Shown here: positions 28,845 to 37,760 of the stretch, one piece after another
Numbering within the stretch: position 1 is the stretch's first letter
How the letters are laid out: each line of letters begins with the position of its first letter
Translations under genes and position numbers: made by a program
Notes under the pieces: model-generated
The model's database searches: none
The model's input: only the letters and a program-made list of their open reading frames with translations
Told to the model about the DNA's origin: nothing
Source: an uncultured Spirochaetota bacterium
GTDB lineage: Bacteria > Spirochaetota > Brevinematia > Brevinematales > JAOACQ01
Length of the DNA stretch: 64,000 nucleotides
Assembly (NCBI GenBank): GCA_963835575.1
Contig: CAWIGG010000004.1
Span: forward strand, 320,001-384,000
Direction of reading: 5' to 3'

Positions 28845-29165
28845 TCACCTGACAGTCAGAAGATATTTATAAACCATATCCCCGAGGCCGATCCCGCCTG
28901 ATTTTGAGATGTTCTTCGAGTATTCGTTATAGAGCATGTCTTCAAATATATCCTGCTTTAAACCGCCGTTCAGCCATTCATCCTTGGGAACTGTGCTCCG
29001 CATTGATTTAAAGAGCTGATTGATAAAAAGCGACTCAAATTCCTGGGAAACTTCCTTTAATTTTTTATCATCCATCCCTTTATAATTTTTCTTCTCATAC
29101 GAACGGAGCTGATCGCTTTTCATGTTTTCACTGGCCGTAAACAGGCTCTCGCTTCCTATCTCCAT
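28845..29165 (-). CDS. flgJ: Rod-binding-domain-only FlgJ
   Basis: KLKEVSQEFESLFINQLFKSMRSTVP...DIFEDML...GGIGLGDMVYKYL; 106 aa; no muramidase domain. Confidence 0.85.
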   Translation of the reverse strand: MEIGSESLFTASENMKSDQLRSYEKKNYKGMDDKKLKEVSQEFESLFINQLFKSMRSTVPKDEWLNGGLKQDIFEDMLYNEYSKNISKSGGIGLGDMVYKYLLTVR

Positions 29166-29183
29166 TTTCCGCCTCCGCGTATA

Positions 29184-29210
29184 ATATCGGCAGAAAACAG
29201 GATACTTTTA
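29184..29210 (-). promoter_or_regulatory. Sigma28 (FliA/SigD) promoter for flgJ
   Basis: Perfect TAAA-N15-GCCGATAT on the minus strand. Confidence 0.85.
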
Positions 29211-31229
29211 GCGGTTGGTCGTTTTTCCTTTTTCATTTTCATCGGCATTCTGCGGAATATTAATGGATTTAAAAAACAAAAAGCTGTTTCTGATAACCGA
29301 TTTATTTCCCTGGTTTTCTTCCCAGCTTATCCGGAAACCCAGAAAATTCTTTTTCCTTAAAAATATTGTGTTATTTGTGTCCATCTGCAGAGGCACTGTC
29401 ATGTTAATTTCCTTGCCGGCCGGTATCTCTTTAATCATATTATTTTTTTGAATATATTTCCCGGCATTGGGCAGATATTCAATCTTGAAATTATTCGCTT
29501 TTGTTGCCATGGTATTAACGATATCAAAGGAAATGAGAACCTCCTTTTTCTGTAAATCGATTTTTGAGACGTCTATCTGTATTTCCAGGGGAATAGCCTG
29601 GTAAAGCTGTTTAAATTCATAGACTATCTCGCCGACCCCAAGCATCCATTCATTCGGCGTATAAGGCCCCCTTCTTCCGAACATCAGTTTATACAGGTCA
29701 TTAATGACAATCCCGTTTGCGATTAAAGATCCGGAGCCGTTTTTAACCAGCTGCAGGTTAGCTCCCACATAATTTTCTATGGCGCTGATATCAAAGCCGT
29801 TGACATCCAGGTTCTGATAATCAAAATAATAGGATACGATCAGGCGGTTAATATAATGGGCTATCATGGGATTTTTGCTGATGTCATTCAATTCATCGAG
29901 GATTTTATCATAATTCATATTAAAATCAACAATAACAAAATCGACGCCCGCGGACAGCAAGACCGAAAGAATCGCCGGATTTTCCATCAGAAGACTATCG
30001 TTCAAGTAATAAAATATGGGTTTTTTATGACCGACCTTGTCAATAATATCCCGGATGTAATCGGCGATATAATAAAGTTTCCATAAAGCGAAACGGTTCA
30101 GATTATTTTTATCCTTCATTTTATCTTTAAAGAAAAGAAATTTGCCGTTAAAATCCATATCTGTCCAGTTGTTCGGGACACTGATCTGGCAGTCGCTGAA
30201 ATAATTGTCCATCAGCTCGGCCCCGTAATTCGTGGAAAGAAAAACGTCGGAAAATCCGACATACGACATATTATTATTTTCCATAAACGAAGACAGGAGT
30301 TTGATCAGGCTTTTTTTCCTGTTTTCATCAAGCGGGGATATGAACGAAGGGTCCTCGCCGTAATTATCCCCTTTAAAAAACAGTACCGGCTTATAGCCGA
30401 TCTTCTTCGCGTCAACGCCTTCGACTTTCAGGCCTCTGGCGTAAATCCCGAAATTTTTATTTCTCTTATTAACCTTATCCGCGAGTATGATGGATTCGCC
30501 GAGTTTATCCTTATCCCAGGGCGACTCCAGCGTTACATCCTCCTGAAATGTTTTTGTTATCCCGGCCAGCATAATAATACCGTCGGCCGAAACAAAATTG
30601 ACCCATTCAGGAATATAATTCCAATCAACCTCCTTGCCCTCAATTGAAAGAATATTCCGTTTGGAAATCCTTTCAAGAGAATCTATGCCCATGAACACCT
30701 GGCCTTTGTTTAAAATATACTTCGGGTTATTCTCATTGATGACAAAGCTGTTTTTCGCTGTAACCGGGGCCTCGGGGCTGTCTACGAAACCGGACGCGCT
30801 GACATCAACTTTCCCTTCAATTTCAGGGCTTTCCGGGAAATAATAACCGATCCAGGCTTTCTGCCCTGAAAAATAAGATAGACTGATCCTTTCATCCCCG
30901 TCTATATTTTTTATTCTTTTCCCATCCTGAAAAAATTCCACGCGGATAACGGAATTTTCAGGAATCTCCCGCCTTTTTTTCCCGGTGATCCTCGCGAAAA
31001 GCTTCACTTTTTCATATTTATTGTAAACTTTTTTATCTGTTTCAATTTTCAATTGATAATCCGTATTATTCTGTTCATCCAGACGGCCGGTTTCTTCCTC
31101 ATTCAATTCAAGGCCGAGAATATTTTTATTAATATAATGCCGGATAGGAGAATAAAATATATTTCCAGCGATGAGTAATAATACGATAATGATTAAAAAT
31201 ATAATGGATAAAGTCCTCAAAAATTTCAT
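29208..31229 (-). CDS. Hypothetical membrane-anchored protein (Ig-like and possible TIM-barrel regions)
   Basis: 673 aa; N-terminal transmembrane segment; ETDKKVYNKYEKV beta-sandwich-like start; no recognisable family motif. Confidence 0.55.
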   Translation of the reverse strand: MKFLRTLSIIFLIIIVLLLIAGNIFYSPIRHYINKNILGLELNEEETGRLDEQNNTDYQLKIETDKKVYNKYEKVKLFARITGKKRREIPENSVIRVEFFQDGKRIKNIDGDERISLSYFSGQKAWIGYYFPESPEIEGKVDVSASGFVDSPEAPVTAKNSFVINENNPKYILNKGQVFMGIDSLERISKRNILSIEGKEVDWNYIPEWVNFVSADGIIMLAGITKTFQEDVTLESPWDKDKLGESIILADKVNKRNKNFGIYARGLKVEGVDAKKIGYKPVLFFKGDNYGEDPSFISPLDENRKKSLIKLLSSFMENNNMSYVGFSDVFLSTNYGAELMDNYFSDCQISVPNNWTDMDFNGKFLFFKDKMKDKNNLNRFALWKLYYIADYIRDIIDKVGHKKPIFYYLNDSLLMENPAILSVLLSAGVDFVIVDFNMNYDKILDELNDISKNPMIAHYINRLIVSYYFDYQNLDVNGFDISAIENYVGANLQLVKNGSGSLIANGIVINDLYKLMFGRRGPYTPNEWMLGVGEIVYEFKQLYQAIPLEIQIDVSKIDLQKKEVLISFDIVNTMATKANNFKIEYLPNAGKYIQKNNMIKEIPAGKEINMTVPLQMDTNNTIFLRKKNFLGFRISWEENQGNKSVIRNSFLFFKSINIPQNADENEKGKTTNR

Positions 31230-31239
31230 TTTACGCTCC

Positions 31240-31434
31240 TTACTTTTTTTCCAGCAGCGATTTCACCGGCAGGTAGGAAATGATCCCCAATATCATCCCC
31301 AAAACAAAGGACAAAGGGAACAATGTCAGCATTTTGTCCGGATAGATCCTGAAAAACAAAATGACAAAAAGCGTTGCTATTAAAAAAGAAATACCGGTCT
31401 GGATCATCAGTATAAAAAAGAGCCGTTTGCCCAT
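31240..31434 (-). CDS. Small two-TM membrane protein
   Basis: 64 aa; GGGAGG RBS; 10 nt upstream of the 673-aa gene. Confidence 0.5.
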   Translation of the reverse strand: MGKRLFFILMIQTGISFLIATLFVILFFRIYPDKMLTLFPLSFVLGMILGIISYLPVKSLLEKK

Positions 31435-31528
31435 AGGAGCCTCCCACTGGAATTATTTTAAAGTATTATAAGACAAAGACCAAAAAAAATAAAGGAACGG
31501 GACAGAATGGTATTCATTGGACTTTAAA

Positions 31529-31582
31529 TTAAACAGAAATTAATTAAACCTTCATATTAAATTAATTTAAGCATCTTATCCT
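31529..31582 (+). promoter_or_regulatory. Pho-box-like promoter 1
   Basis: TTAA/TTCA at 31529, 31540, 31551 and 31562 (11-bp period); TATCCT 15 bp after the last unit. Confidence 0.6.
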
Positions 31583-31588
31583 TTAAGC

Positions 31589-31688
31589 AGATAATTTTTC
31601 ATCTCTTGTTTTCATATATTCATTCACAACCTCTCCCCTTTCTATTAAGTCCTGGTCCTCTCTCTCGGGCCGGGACTGTCTTTTTTTG
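31589..31688 (+). ncRNA. Candidate Pho-regulated small RNA
   Basis: ORF-free ~100 nt between Pho-box promoter 1 and an intrinsic terminator; contains the C-rich stretch ACCTCTCCCCT. Confidence 0.4.
31648..31688 (+). terminator. Intrinsic terminator
   Basis: AGTCCTGGTCC/GGGCCGGGACT stem followed by GTCTTTTTTT. Confidence 0.7.
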
Positions 31689-31735
31689 AGGCCGGATCGG
31701 GCGATTTCTTCAACATTCATATAAGGTTAAGCCAA

Positions 31736-31789
31736 TTAATCTAAAATTAATATAAAATTTACCGGATTTTAATATTCATTCCTTAATAT
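31736..31789 (+). promoter_or_regulatory. Pho-box-like promoter 2 (PHP-GT4 operon)
   Basis: TTAA/TTTA at 31736, 31747, 31758 and 31769; TAATAT at +15; 31754-31786 is 29/33 identical to 36188-36220. Confidence 0.7.
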
Positions 31790-31824
31790 ACTGTGTTTTA
31801 TATCATGATAAGGAGATTTATATT

Positions 31825-34272
31825 ATGGTAAAGATCGATATGCATGTTCATTCAAGCCATTCCAAACATCCCTCAGAATGGTTCCTTCAAAGGCTGGGAG
31901 CGGCCGAGTCTTATACAGACCCTGAAGTTGTCTATTCAAAAGCGAAAGAAAATAACATGAGTTTTGTCACTCTTACAGATCATAATACAATTGACGGGGC
32001 TTTGGAACTCCAGAAAAAATACCCTTCCGAAATAATAACTGGAGTTGAAGCCACAGCTTATTTCCCGGAAGACGGATGTAAAGTCCATATTCTGGTCTTT
32101 GATATTAACAAAAGCCAATTCCAGATAATAAATAATATCAGAGAAAATATATATTTACTAAGGGATTACATCAAAAAAGAAAACCTTGCCTATTCCGTAG
32201 CGCATGCCAGCTATTCCATCGACGGAAAATTAAAAACGGAACACCTGGAAAAGCTGATACTTTTATTCGACATATTCGAAGCACAAAACGGCTCAAGGAA
32301 CAGGCGCCTGAATTTGGATTGGACTTCGCTTTTGTCCTCCCTGACCCCGCATGATATAGACAAATTGTATCAGAAACATAAAATAGAGCCTTACAGTTCA
32401 AACCCCTGGATTAAAGGCTTTACCGGAGGGTCCGATGATCATGCCGGCATCTTTATCGGGAAAACCTATACCTGTGCGGAAACGGAAACAAAAGAAGGGT
32501 TTTTGGAACTCCTCAAATCTAAAAAGACCCTTGCTTCAGGAAGGCATAATCATTTTCATGGACTTGCCTTCGCGATCTACAAAATCGCTTATGAGTTTTC
32601 CAGAACAAAAAGTAAGGTACTATCGGACCATTTCTTCAGCAGGCTGACAGAATTGATCTTCAATCAAAAAGAACTCAATTTAAAGAGCAAATTGGTCTTA
32701 AAAAGCCTTAAAGTTAAAAAGAAATCGATGAAACCTTATCAGATGATCGCCGATCTGATTGAAAACCTGCGCAATAGCAACTTCAGCAACATAGACGATA
32801 CGCTGTCGGCTGTTTATGATAAAATAGCCATGATCTCCGATTATTTTATAAAACATTTTATTGAATCGATCAGAAAAGACCTGGAAAAAGGAAATATTAT
32901 ATCTATTTTTAAAGATATTTCAATTTCGCTTCCCGGGATATTCCTGTCCCTCCCGTTCCTGACCGCTTTCCGGCATCTTTTTAATAACCGCTATCTGGTT
33001 TCTGAACTGTCGGCAGGTCTCAACATGTCATCACTCCACAATCCTGATAAGAAAATCCTCTGGTTCACCGATACGCTGACGGACCTGAACGGCGTATCGG
33101 TTGTTTTAAAAAAAATTGCCGGACAGAGCTCACTCAACAATAAAAATTTAAAAATTCTCACAAGCCTGAATAAAAATGAGATCGTTGAAGAACTGCCGCC
33201 GAATATAATGGTTTTTGAGCCTGTTTATTCATTCAAGATACCTTACTATGAAAATCTCAGTATTAACATTCCTTCCCTGTTGAAGGTCCTGAAGGAAATA
33301 TATCAATATGATCCCGATGAAATTTATATATCAACCCCCGGTATTATCGGTTTGATCGGACTTTTCGTCTCCAGGCTGATGAATATAAAGGCCGTAAGCG
33401 TTTATCATACGGATTTTATGCTGCAGGCCGAGAAACTGGCCGGGAATGAATCCATAACCTCCATGGTGGAAAATTATATCCGCTGGTTTTATAACTTTTC
33501 AGACGAAATAAAAATTCCTACAGCGGGCTACATGGAAATTCTCGAAAAGCGAGGGTATCTCCCGGAAAAGATGAGCCTTTTCAGAAGAGGCTATGATGTT
33601 GAGACATTCAAGCCCAGAATGAAAAAAAGCATGTATTTCAAAAACCGGTTTGATTTGAAAAAGGGAATTAATCTTCTCTATGCCGGCAGGATTTCAAAAG
33701 ATAAAAATCTTGACCTGCTCATTGAAGCGTTTTTGAAAGCTTCCAGGGAAGGAAATAATATCAACCTTATTCTCGCAGGGGACGGACCTTACCTGACCGA
33801 ATTGAAAAACAAAATAAAAAATGAAAAAAGAATACTGCTGACTGGAAGGCTTCCTCATGAGGAAATGCCTGAAATCTATTCCGACGCCGATATATTCGTT
33901 TTCCCCAGCACGACAGACACATTCGGAATGGCTGTTCTTGAAGCCCAGGCCTGCGGCGTACCGGCGGTTGTCACCGATGTCGGCGGCCCCAAGGAAATCA
34001 TTCAGGACGGTATTACCGGCTTAGTGGCAAAGTCCGGCGATATCAATGACTGGGTAGAAAAGATAGAATTTCTCTGCCGCTTAATAAAATATAAACCCAG
34101 ACGCTACGGTGAGATGTGCCTGGCATCATGGCTAAGGATGATGGAAAACTACAGCTGGGAAAATCTTTTTAATGATATATATGAGAAAAAACCGGACAGG
34201 AAGAAATTAAATATTAAATACCGGCCAAAAAAAAGAAATCTTACAACAGAGCTCATTGCGAGTCTGGAATAA
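31825..34272 (+). CDS. PHP-domain phosphoesterase / GT4 glycosyltransferase fusion
   Basis: N-terminal DMHVHS, LTDHNT, GVE, H, GGSDDH; C-terminal GT-B fold NGVS, YHTDF, YAGRISKDKN, FPSTTDTFGMAVLEAQACG.P. Confidence 0.85.
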   Translation: MVKIDMHVHSSHSKHPSEWFLQRLGAAESYTDPEVVYSKAKENNMSFVTLTDHNTIDGALELQKKYPSEIITGVEATAYFPEDGCKVHILVFDINKSQFQIINNIRENIYLLRDYIKKENLAYSVAHASYSIDGKLKTEHLEKLILLFDIFEAQNGSRNRRLNLDWTSLLSSLTPHDIDKLYQKHKIEPYSSNPWIKGFTGGSDDHAGIFIGKTYTCAETETKEGFLELLKSKKTLASGRHNHFHGLAFAIYKIAYEFSRTKSKVLSDHFFSRLTELIFNQKELNLKSKLVLKSLKVKKKSMKPYQMIADLIENLRNSNFSNIDDTLSAVYDKIAMISDYFIKHFIESIRKDLEKGNIISIFKDISISLPGIFLSLPFLTAFRHLFNNRYLVSELSAGLNMSSLHNPDKKILWFTDTLTDLNGVSVVLKKIAGQSSLNNKNLKILTSLNKNEIVEELPPNIMVFEPVYSFKIPYYENLSINIPSLLKVLKEIYQYDPDEIYISTPGIIGLIGLFVSRLMNIKAVSVYHTDFMLQAEKLAGNESITSMVENYIRWFYNFSDEIKIPTAGYMEILEKRGYLPEKMSLFRRGYDVETFKPRMKKSMYFKNRFDLKKGINLLYAGRISKDKNLDLLIEAFLKASREGNNINLILAGDGPYLTELKNKIKNEKRILLTGRLPHEEMPEIYSDADIFVFPSTTDTFGMAVLEAQACGVPAVVTDVGGPKEIIQDGITGLVAKSGDINDWVEKIEFLCRLIKYKPRRYGEMCLASWLRMMENYSWENLFNDIYEKKPDRKKLNIKYRPKKRNLTTELIASLE

Positions 34273-34276
34273 AATC

Positions 34277-35512
34277 ATGAAAAAGGAATTGATTGTTTTT
34301 GAAACTGAAAATAAAAAGCCGGGAAATAGACCTCTGGAGTCCATCGAAAAATTGAATGCCTACAAAATCCTTAAATCGGTCCAAAATCCGCCTCTCATCA
34401 GGGAAACGATCGGGAAAATCGTCAGCAGTCTCTATTTTGTTTATGATGATGAAAAAGTGACGGACCTGGCGCAGGACCTGGATAAAAATAAAGAAATCCA
34501 GGCGCTCGGCGTCATTGACAGGCAGGGACAGATAAAGGGAATCATTGTCCGGAATGAACTTTTCAGTCTCCTGGGCAAACCCTACGGATACGATATTGTC
34601 AGGCATAAGACAATAAGCAAATTTATCAAAACAGCGGTCATGTTCAGTTATGAGAACAGTATACTGACTGTGGCAGAGGAAATGAAACAAGCGCTGAACA
34701 GTAAGGATACGGAATATTATATTCTATTCAGGGAAGGCAAAAAGTACGCGGGCGTGTTCAGCTCGATCGATATGATGATCTATTTATCCTTTATGACGCA
34801 AAGGGACATTCAGCTTGCCAGGACCCTGCAGCAGAAAATCGTCAAAGAGGATTATTTTATCAAAAACGAATATTTTCAATTCTGCGGCGCTTCCCGCATG
34901 GCAAAAGACATCGGCGGGGATTATTACCATATGATCAATTATGATGAAGGGAAATGGCTTATCACAATCTGCGATGTCTGCGGCAAAGGGGTGGCGGCCT
35001 CGCTCGTTTCGACCAGCATATCCGGAATGCTGTCGGTTTATAATTTCAAGAACGGTTTTGACGCTTTCATTTCAAAATTCAATCAGTATATTTTAAATAC
35101 TTTTGAATTTGTCACGGCGGTTTTTATAGATTTTAACAAAAAAGACGGCAGCTTGAAGCTGTATGATATGGGACATTCCTATATTTATCTGTTTAAAACG
35201 GGCAAGCTTTACCGGCTGAAGTCCGGAAGTGATAACCTGCCCCTTGGGGTCAGGGCGGAAATATCCCCCAGGGCCGATTCGCTCAAGCTTTCAAAGGGAG
35301 ATATGCTCATCATGATCACAGACGGTATTATCGAAGAGATTAACGAAAGCGGGGAAGAATTCGGGGAAAAACGGCTTTATCAAATTATCAAGAATTATCA
35401 AAGCACGGATATTACAAAAATAAAAGAAATCCTTCTTCAGACCGTTTCTTCCTACCGGGGTCATCTCCCGCAGCATGACGATCTGACCATACTCCTCCTC
35501 AACTATAAGTAA
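34277..35512 (+). CDS. CBS-domain / SpoIIE (PP2C) serine phosphatase
   Basis: Motifs ARTLQ, IGGDYY, ICDVCGKGVAASL, DMGH, ITDGIIE and HDDLTILL; N-terminal CBS pair. Confidence 0.85.
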   Translation: MKKELIVFETENKKPGNRPLESIEKLNAYKILKSVQNPPLIRETIGKIVSSLYFVYDDEKVTDLAQDLDKNKEIQALGVIDRQGQIKGIIVRNELFSLLGKPYGYDIVRHKTISKFIKTAVMFSYENSILTVAEEMKQALNSKDTEYYILFREGKKYAGVFSSIDMMIYLSFMTQRDIQLARTLQQKIVKEDYFIKNEYFQFCGASRMAKDIGGDYYHMINYDEGKWLITICDVCGKGVAASLVSTSISGMLSVYNFKNGFDAFISKFNQYILNTFEFVTAVFIDFNKKDGSLKLYDMGHSYIYLFKTGKLYRLKSGSDNLPLGVRAEISPRADSLKLSKGDMLIMITDGIIEEINESGEEFGEKRLYQIIKNYQSTDITKIKEILLQTVSSYRGHLPQHDDLTILLLNYK

Positions 35513-36039
35513 AATTCCCCGACTTCCTCATAATAGGGTTCCCTGTTTTTAAAAGGAAATTTCAGGCCGTCATCGAGAGAACATGATTGAATATACCTGC
35601 CGGTAAATGATTCATCAATATCGATTTCTATCAATGAAGGCTTCTTAAAATAGAACGCGATATTTTTATTGCCGATCAGTTCCCCGGCGATATTGGAAAG
35701 ATCCGGACAATGGCCTACTAAAACAGCTGTTTGTACTGAAGACTGCATATTTTTTATCAATATCTGGAAATTAGGAAAATCAAATCCCGGATTCAGGGTT
35801 TTATTGATTTCGTATTTTCTGGGCTTCAATTCGTTCTTGAGATATTCCGCTGTCTCCAGGGCCTTTGTAAAATCCGATGTGATCAGGCAGTCGATATCAT
35901 GATGGTATAAATTGACCAGCTTCCTGGCAAAAATCCCGGCCCTGAAGTGACCCGCTTTTGAGAGAGGCCTTAAATCCGCTTCGCCCTGCCAGAGTTCCTT
36001 TTCCACAGGCTTTGAATGCCGGACCAGTAAAATTTTCAT
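35503..36039 (-). CDS. sixA: SixA-like phosphohistidine phosphatase
   Basis: Motifs LVRHSK, RPLSKAG, TS...ALETA and LVGHCPDLS. Confidence 0.7.
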   Translation of the reverse strand: MKILLVRHSKPVEKELWQGEADLRPLSKAGHFRAGIFARKLVNLYHHDIDCLITSDFTKALETAEYLKNELKPRKYEINKTLNPGFDFPNFQILIKNMQSSVQTAVLVGHCPDLSNIAGELIGNKNIAFYFKKPSLIEIDIDESFTGRYIQSCSLDDGLKFPFKNREPYYEEVGEFYL

Positions 36040-36082
36040 CTGTTTTCTCCTTAAATGTTTTGTTTTGAAAACATTCCCTTCT

Positions 36083-36114
36083 ATTTTAACAAGGGATTAT
36101 TAAGAAAATATGAA
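36083..36114 (-). promoter_or_regulatory. Pho-box-like promoter 3 (sixA)
   Basis: Minus strand TTCA (36114), TTAA (36103), then TAAAAT 15 bp later. Confidence 0.55.
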
Positions 36115-36187
36115 TTTCATATCTGTTTTTTCTAAAGATTCAATTCCTCCGGCGGGAAACAAACCATTCCTTATCCTTAAAAAACAG

Positions 36188-36223
36188 AAAATTAACCGGA
36201 AATTAATATTCTTTCCTTAAAAT
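36188..36223 (+). promoter_or_regulatory. Pho-box-like promoter 4 (phoB)
   Basis: AAAATTAACCGGAAATTAA, identical to 39485-39503; TAAAAT at +15. Confidence 0.7.
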
Positions 36224-36286
36224 CATAATGAGATTATATTTTTGAAAAAAAGAAGTATGCGTTCTATACTATTAAAAGGAGGCATA

Positions 36287-36973
36287 ATGAATGAAGTAAT
36301 TGCCGTTGTGGACGACGAGGAAGATATCCTGAACCTGGTCGCCATTCATCTGGAAAAAGAAAAATTCCGGCCTGTGAAATTTTCAAGCGCTTTTCCATTC
36401 AAGGCATGGCTTCATGAAAATAAAACCACCCCGGACCTGATCATTCTGGACCTGATGCTGCCCGACCAGAGCGGGCTGGATATCTGCCGGGAACTGAAAT
36501 CAAGCGAGCTTTATTCCGGCATACCGGTGATTATGCTGACTGCCAGGGGCGAGGAAACGGATAAAATAGTGGGCCTGGAGCTGGGCGCGGATGATTATGT
36601 CACCAAGCCTTTCTCGCCGAAAGAACTGATAGCCCGGATAAAAGCGGTGCTGAGGCGGACCCGCCCTTCGGCAAAGACAGGCGAAAAAAAACGCAGCATT
36701 CATAATATAGAGATCGATTTCAACACTCATGAAGTGAGGGTCGAGGGAGAAAAAGTCGAGCTGACCTCGACCGAATTCAAGATCCTGGAAATCCTTTCCG
36801 CAAGAAGGGGCTGGGTGTTCAACCGCGATCAGCTTTTGGAACGGCTCTGGGGGCATGAAAAATATCCCACGGAACGTTCCATCGATGTGCATATCAATAA
36901 CCTCCGGAAAAAACTGGGGAAGGCCGGGGAAAGGATATTGAACCTGCGTGGCGTGGGCTATAAGATGGAGTAA
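36287..36973 (+). CDS. phoB: PhoB/PhoP-family response regulator
   Basis: Motifs VVDDE, LDLMLP and GLELGADDYVTKPFS; wHTH RSIDVHINNLRKKLG...RGVGY; phoR and pst context. Confidence 0.85.
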   Translation: MNEVIAVVDDEEDILNLVAIHLEKEKFRPVKFSSAFPFKAWLHENKTTPDLIILDLMLPDQSGLDICRELKSSELYSGIPVIMLTARGEETDKIVGLELGADDYVTKPFSPKELIARIKAVLRRTRPSAKTGEKKRSIHNIEIDFNTHEVRVEGEKVELTSTEFKILEILSARRGWVFNRDQLLERLWGHEKYPTERSIDVHINNLRKKLGKAGERILNLRGVGYKME

Positions 36974-36986
36974 GGATTTGCTGCTG

Positions 36987-37034
36987 ATCCGATGTTTCAC
37001 ACGGATGACGCGGATTGAACGGATTTGCACGGAT
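36987..37034 (+). repeat. CGGAT 9-nt-periodic arm (left end of the cassette in phoB-phoR)
   Basis: 39/48 identical to the reverse complement of 37685-37732. Confidence 0.85.
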
Positions 37035-37107
37035 CAGTTGATTGCTTCAAATATTATATGAAAATATATATATTTAAAAAAACGAAATGCTTTTATATGG
37101 AGTTGTA

Positions 37108-37638
37108 ATGAAGATAGCTTGTATTGGATGGGGATCACTTATTTGGAATCCTAGAAGACTTAAAACTCAAAATAAATGGTTTGAAGATGGGCCATTCTTG
37201 CCAATTGAATTCACGAGAATATCAAGAGACGATAGAGTAACCTTAATTATTGATGAGAAATCTAAACCTGTGCGGACTTTATGGACATTAATGACAACAG
37301 AATCTTTGGATGAAGGATTAAAGTCTTTAAAAGACCGAGAAGGATGTAAAAAAGAAGAAGATATTCATCATGTTACATCTTATGACGAACCAAAGGGTAA
37401 CATTCAAGAGACAATTAAGAAATGGATATTAGAAAAAAATTTAGATGCCGCTGTTTGGACAGGATTGTCATATAATAAGGAGAGACCGGATATTGATAGA
37501 ATTATTGAACACCTTGACAAACTCGAACGAAAGATTCAAATTTTGGCTGAAGAATACATAAGGAAAGCCCCCAAACAGATTGACACAGAATATAGACGAA
37601 GAATTGAAAAAGAGTTTGGATGGACTCTGATTGAATAA
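37108..37638 (+). CDS. AT-rich hypothetical protein with a GGCT/ChaC-like N-terminus
   Basis: MKIACIGWGSLIWNP resembles the YGSL(I/M)W motif of gamma-glutamylcyclotransferase-fold proteins; composition differs from the flanks. Confidence 0.55.
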   Translation: MKIACIGWGSLIWNPRRLKTQNKWFEDGPFLPIEFTRISRDDRVTLIIDEKSKPVRTLWTLMTTESLDEGLKSLKDREGCKKEEDIHHVTSYDEPKGNIQETIKKWILEKNLDAAVWTGLSYNKERPDIDRIIEHLDKLERKIQILAEEYIRKAPKQIDTEYRRRIEKEFGWTLIE

Positions 37639-37684
37639 TTTGCATGAATACACAAAAAGTATTTAACCAATAATTTTCTTTATA

Positions 37685-37732
37685 ATCCGTGAAAATCAGT
37701 GTCATCCGTGTTATCCGTGTGAATAATCGGAT
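37685..37732 (-). repeat. CGGAT 9-nt-periodic arm (right, inverted)
   Basis: Reverse complement ATCCGATTATTCACACGGATAACACGGATGACACTGATTTTCACGGAT, extended by CTTTTTTGTAAT as in the copies at 8.2 and 8.8 kb. Confidence 0.85.
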
Positions 37733-37760
37733 ATTACAAAAAAGCTTGAGGTATAAAAAC

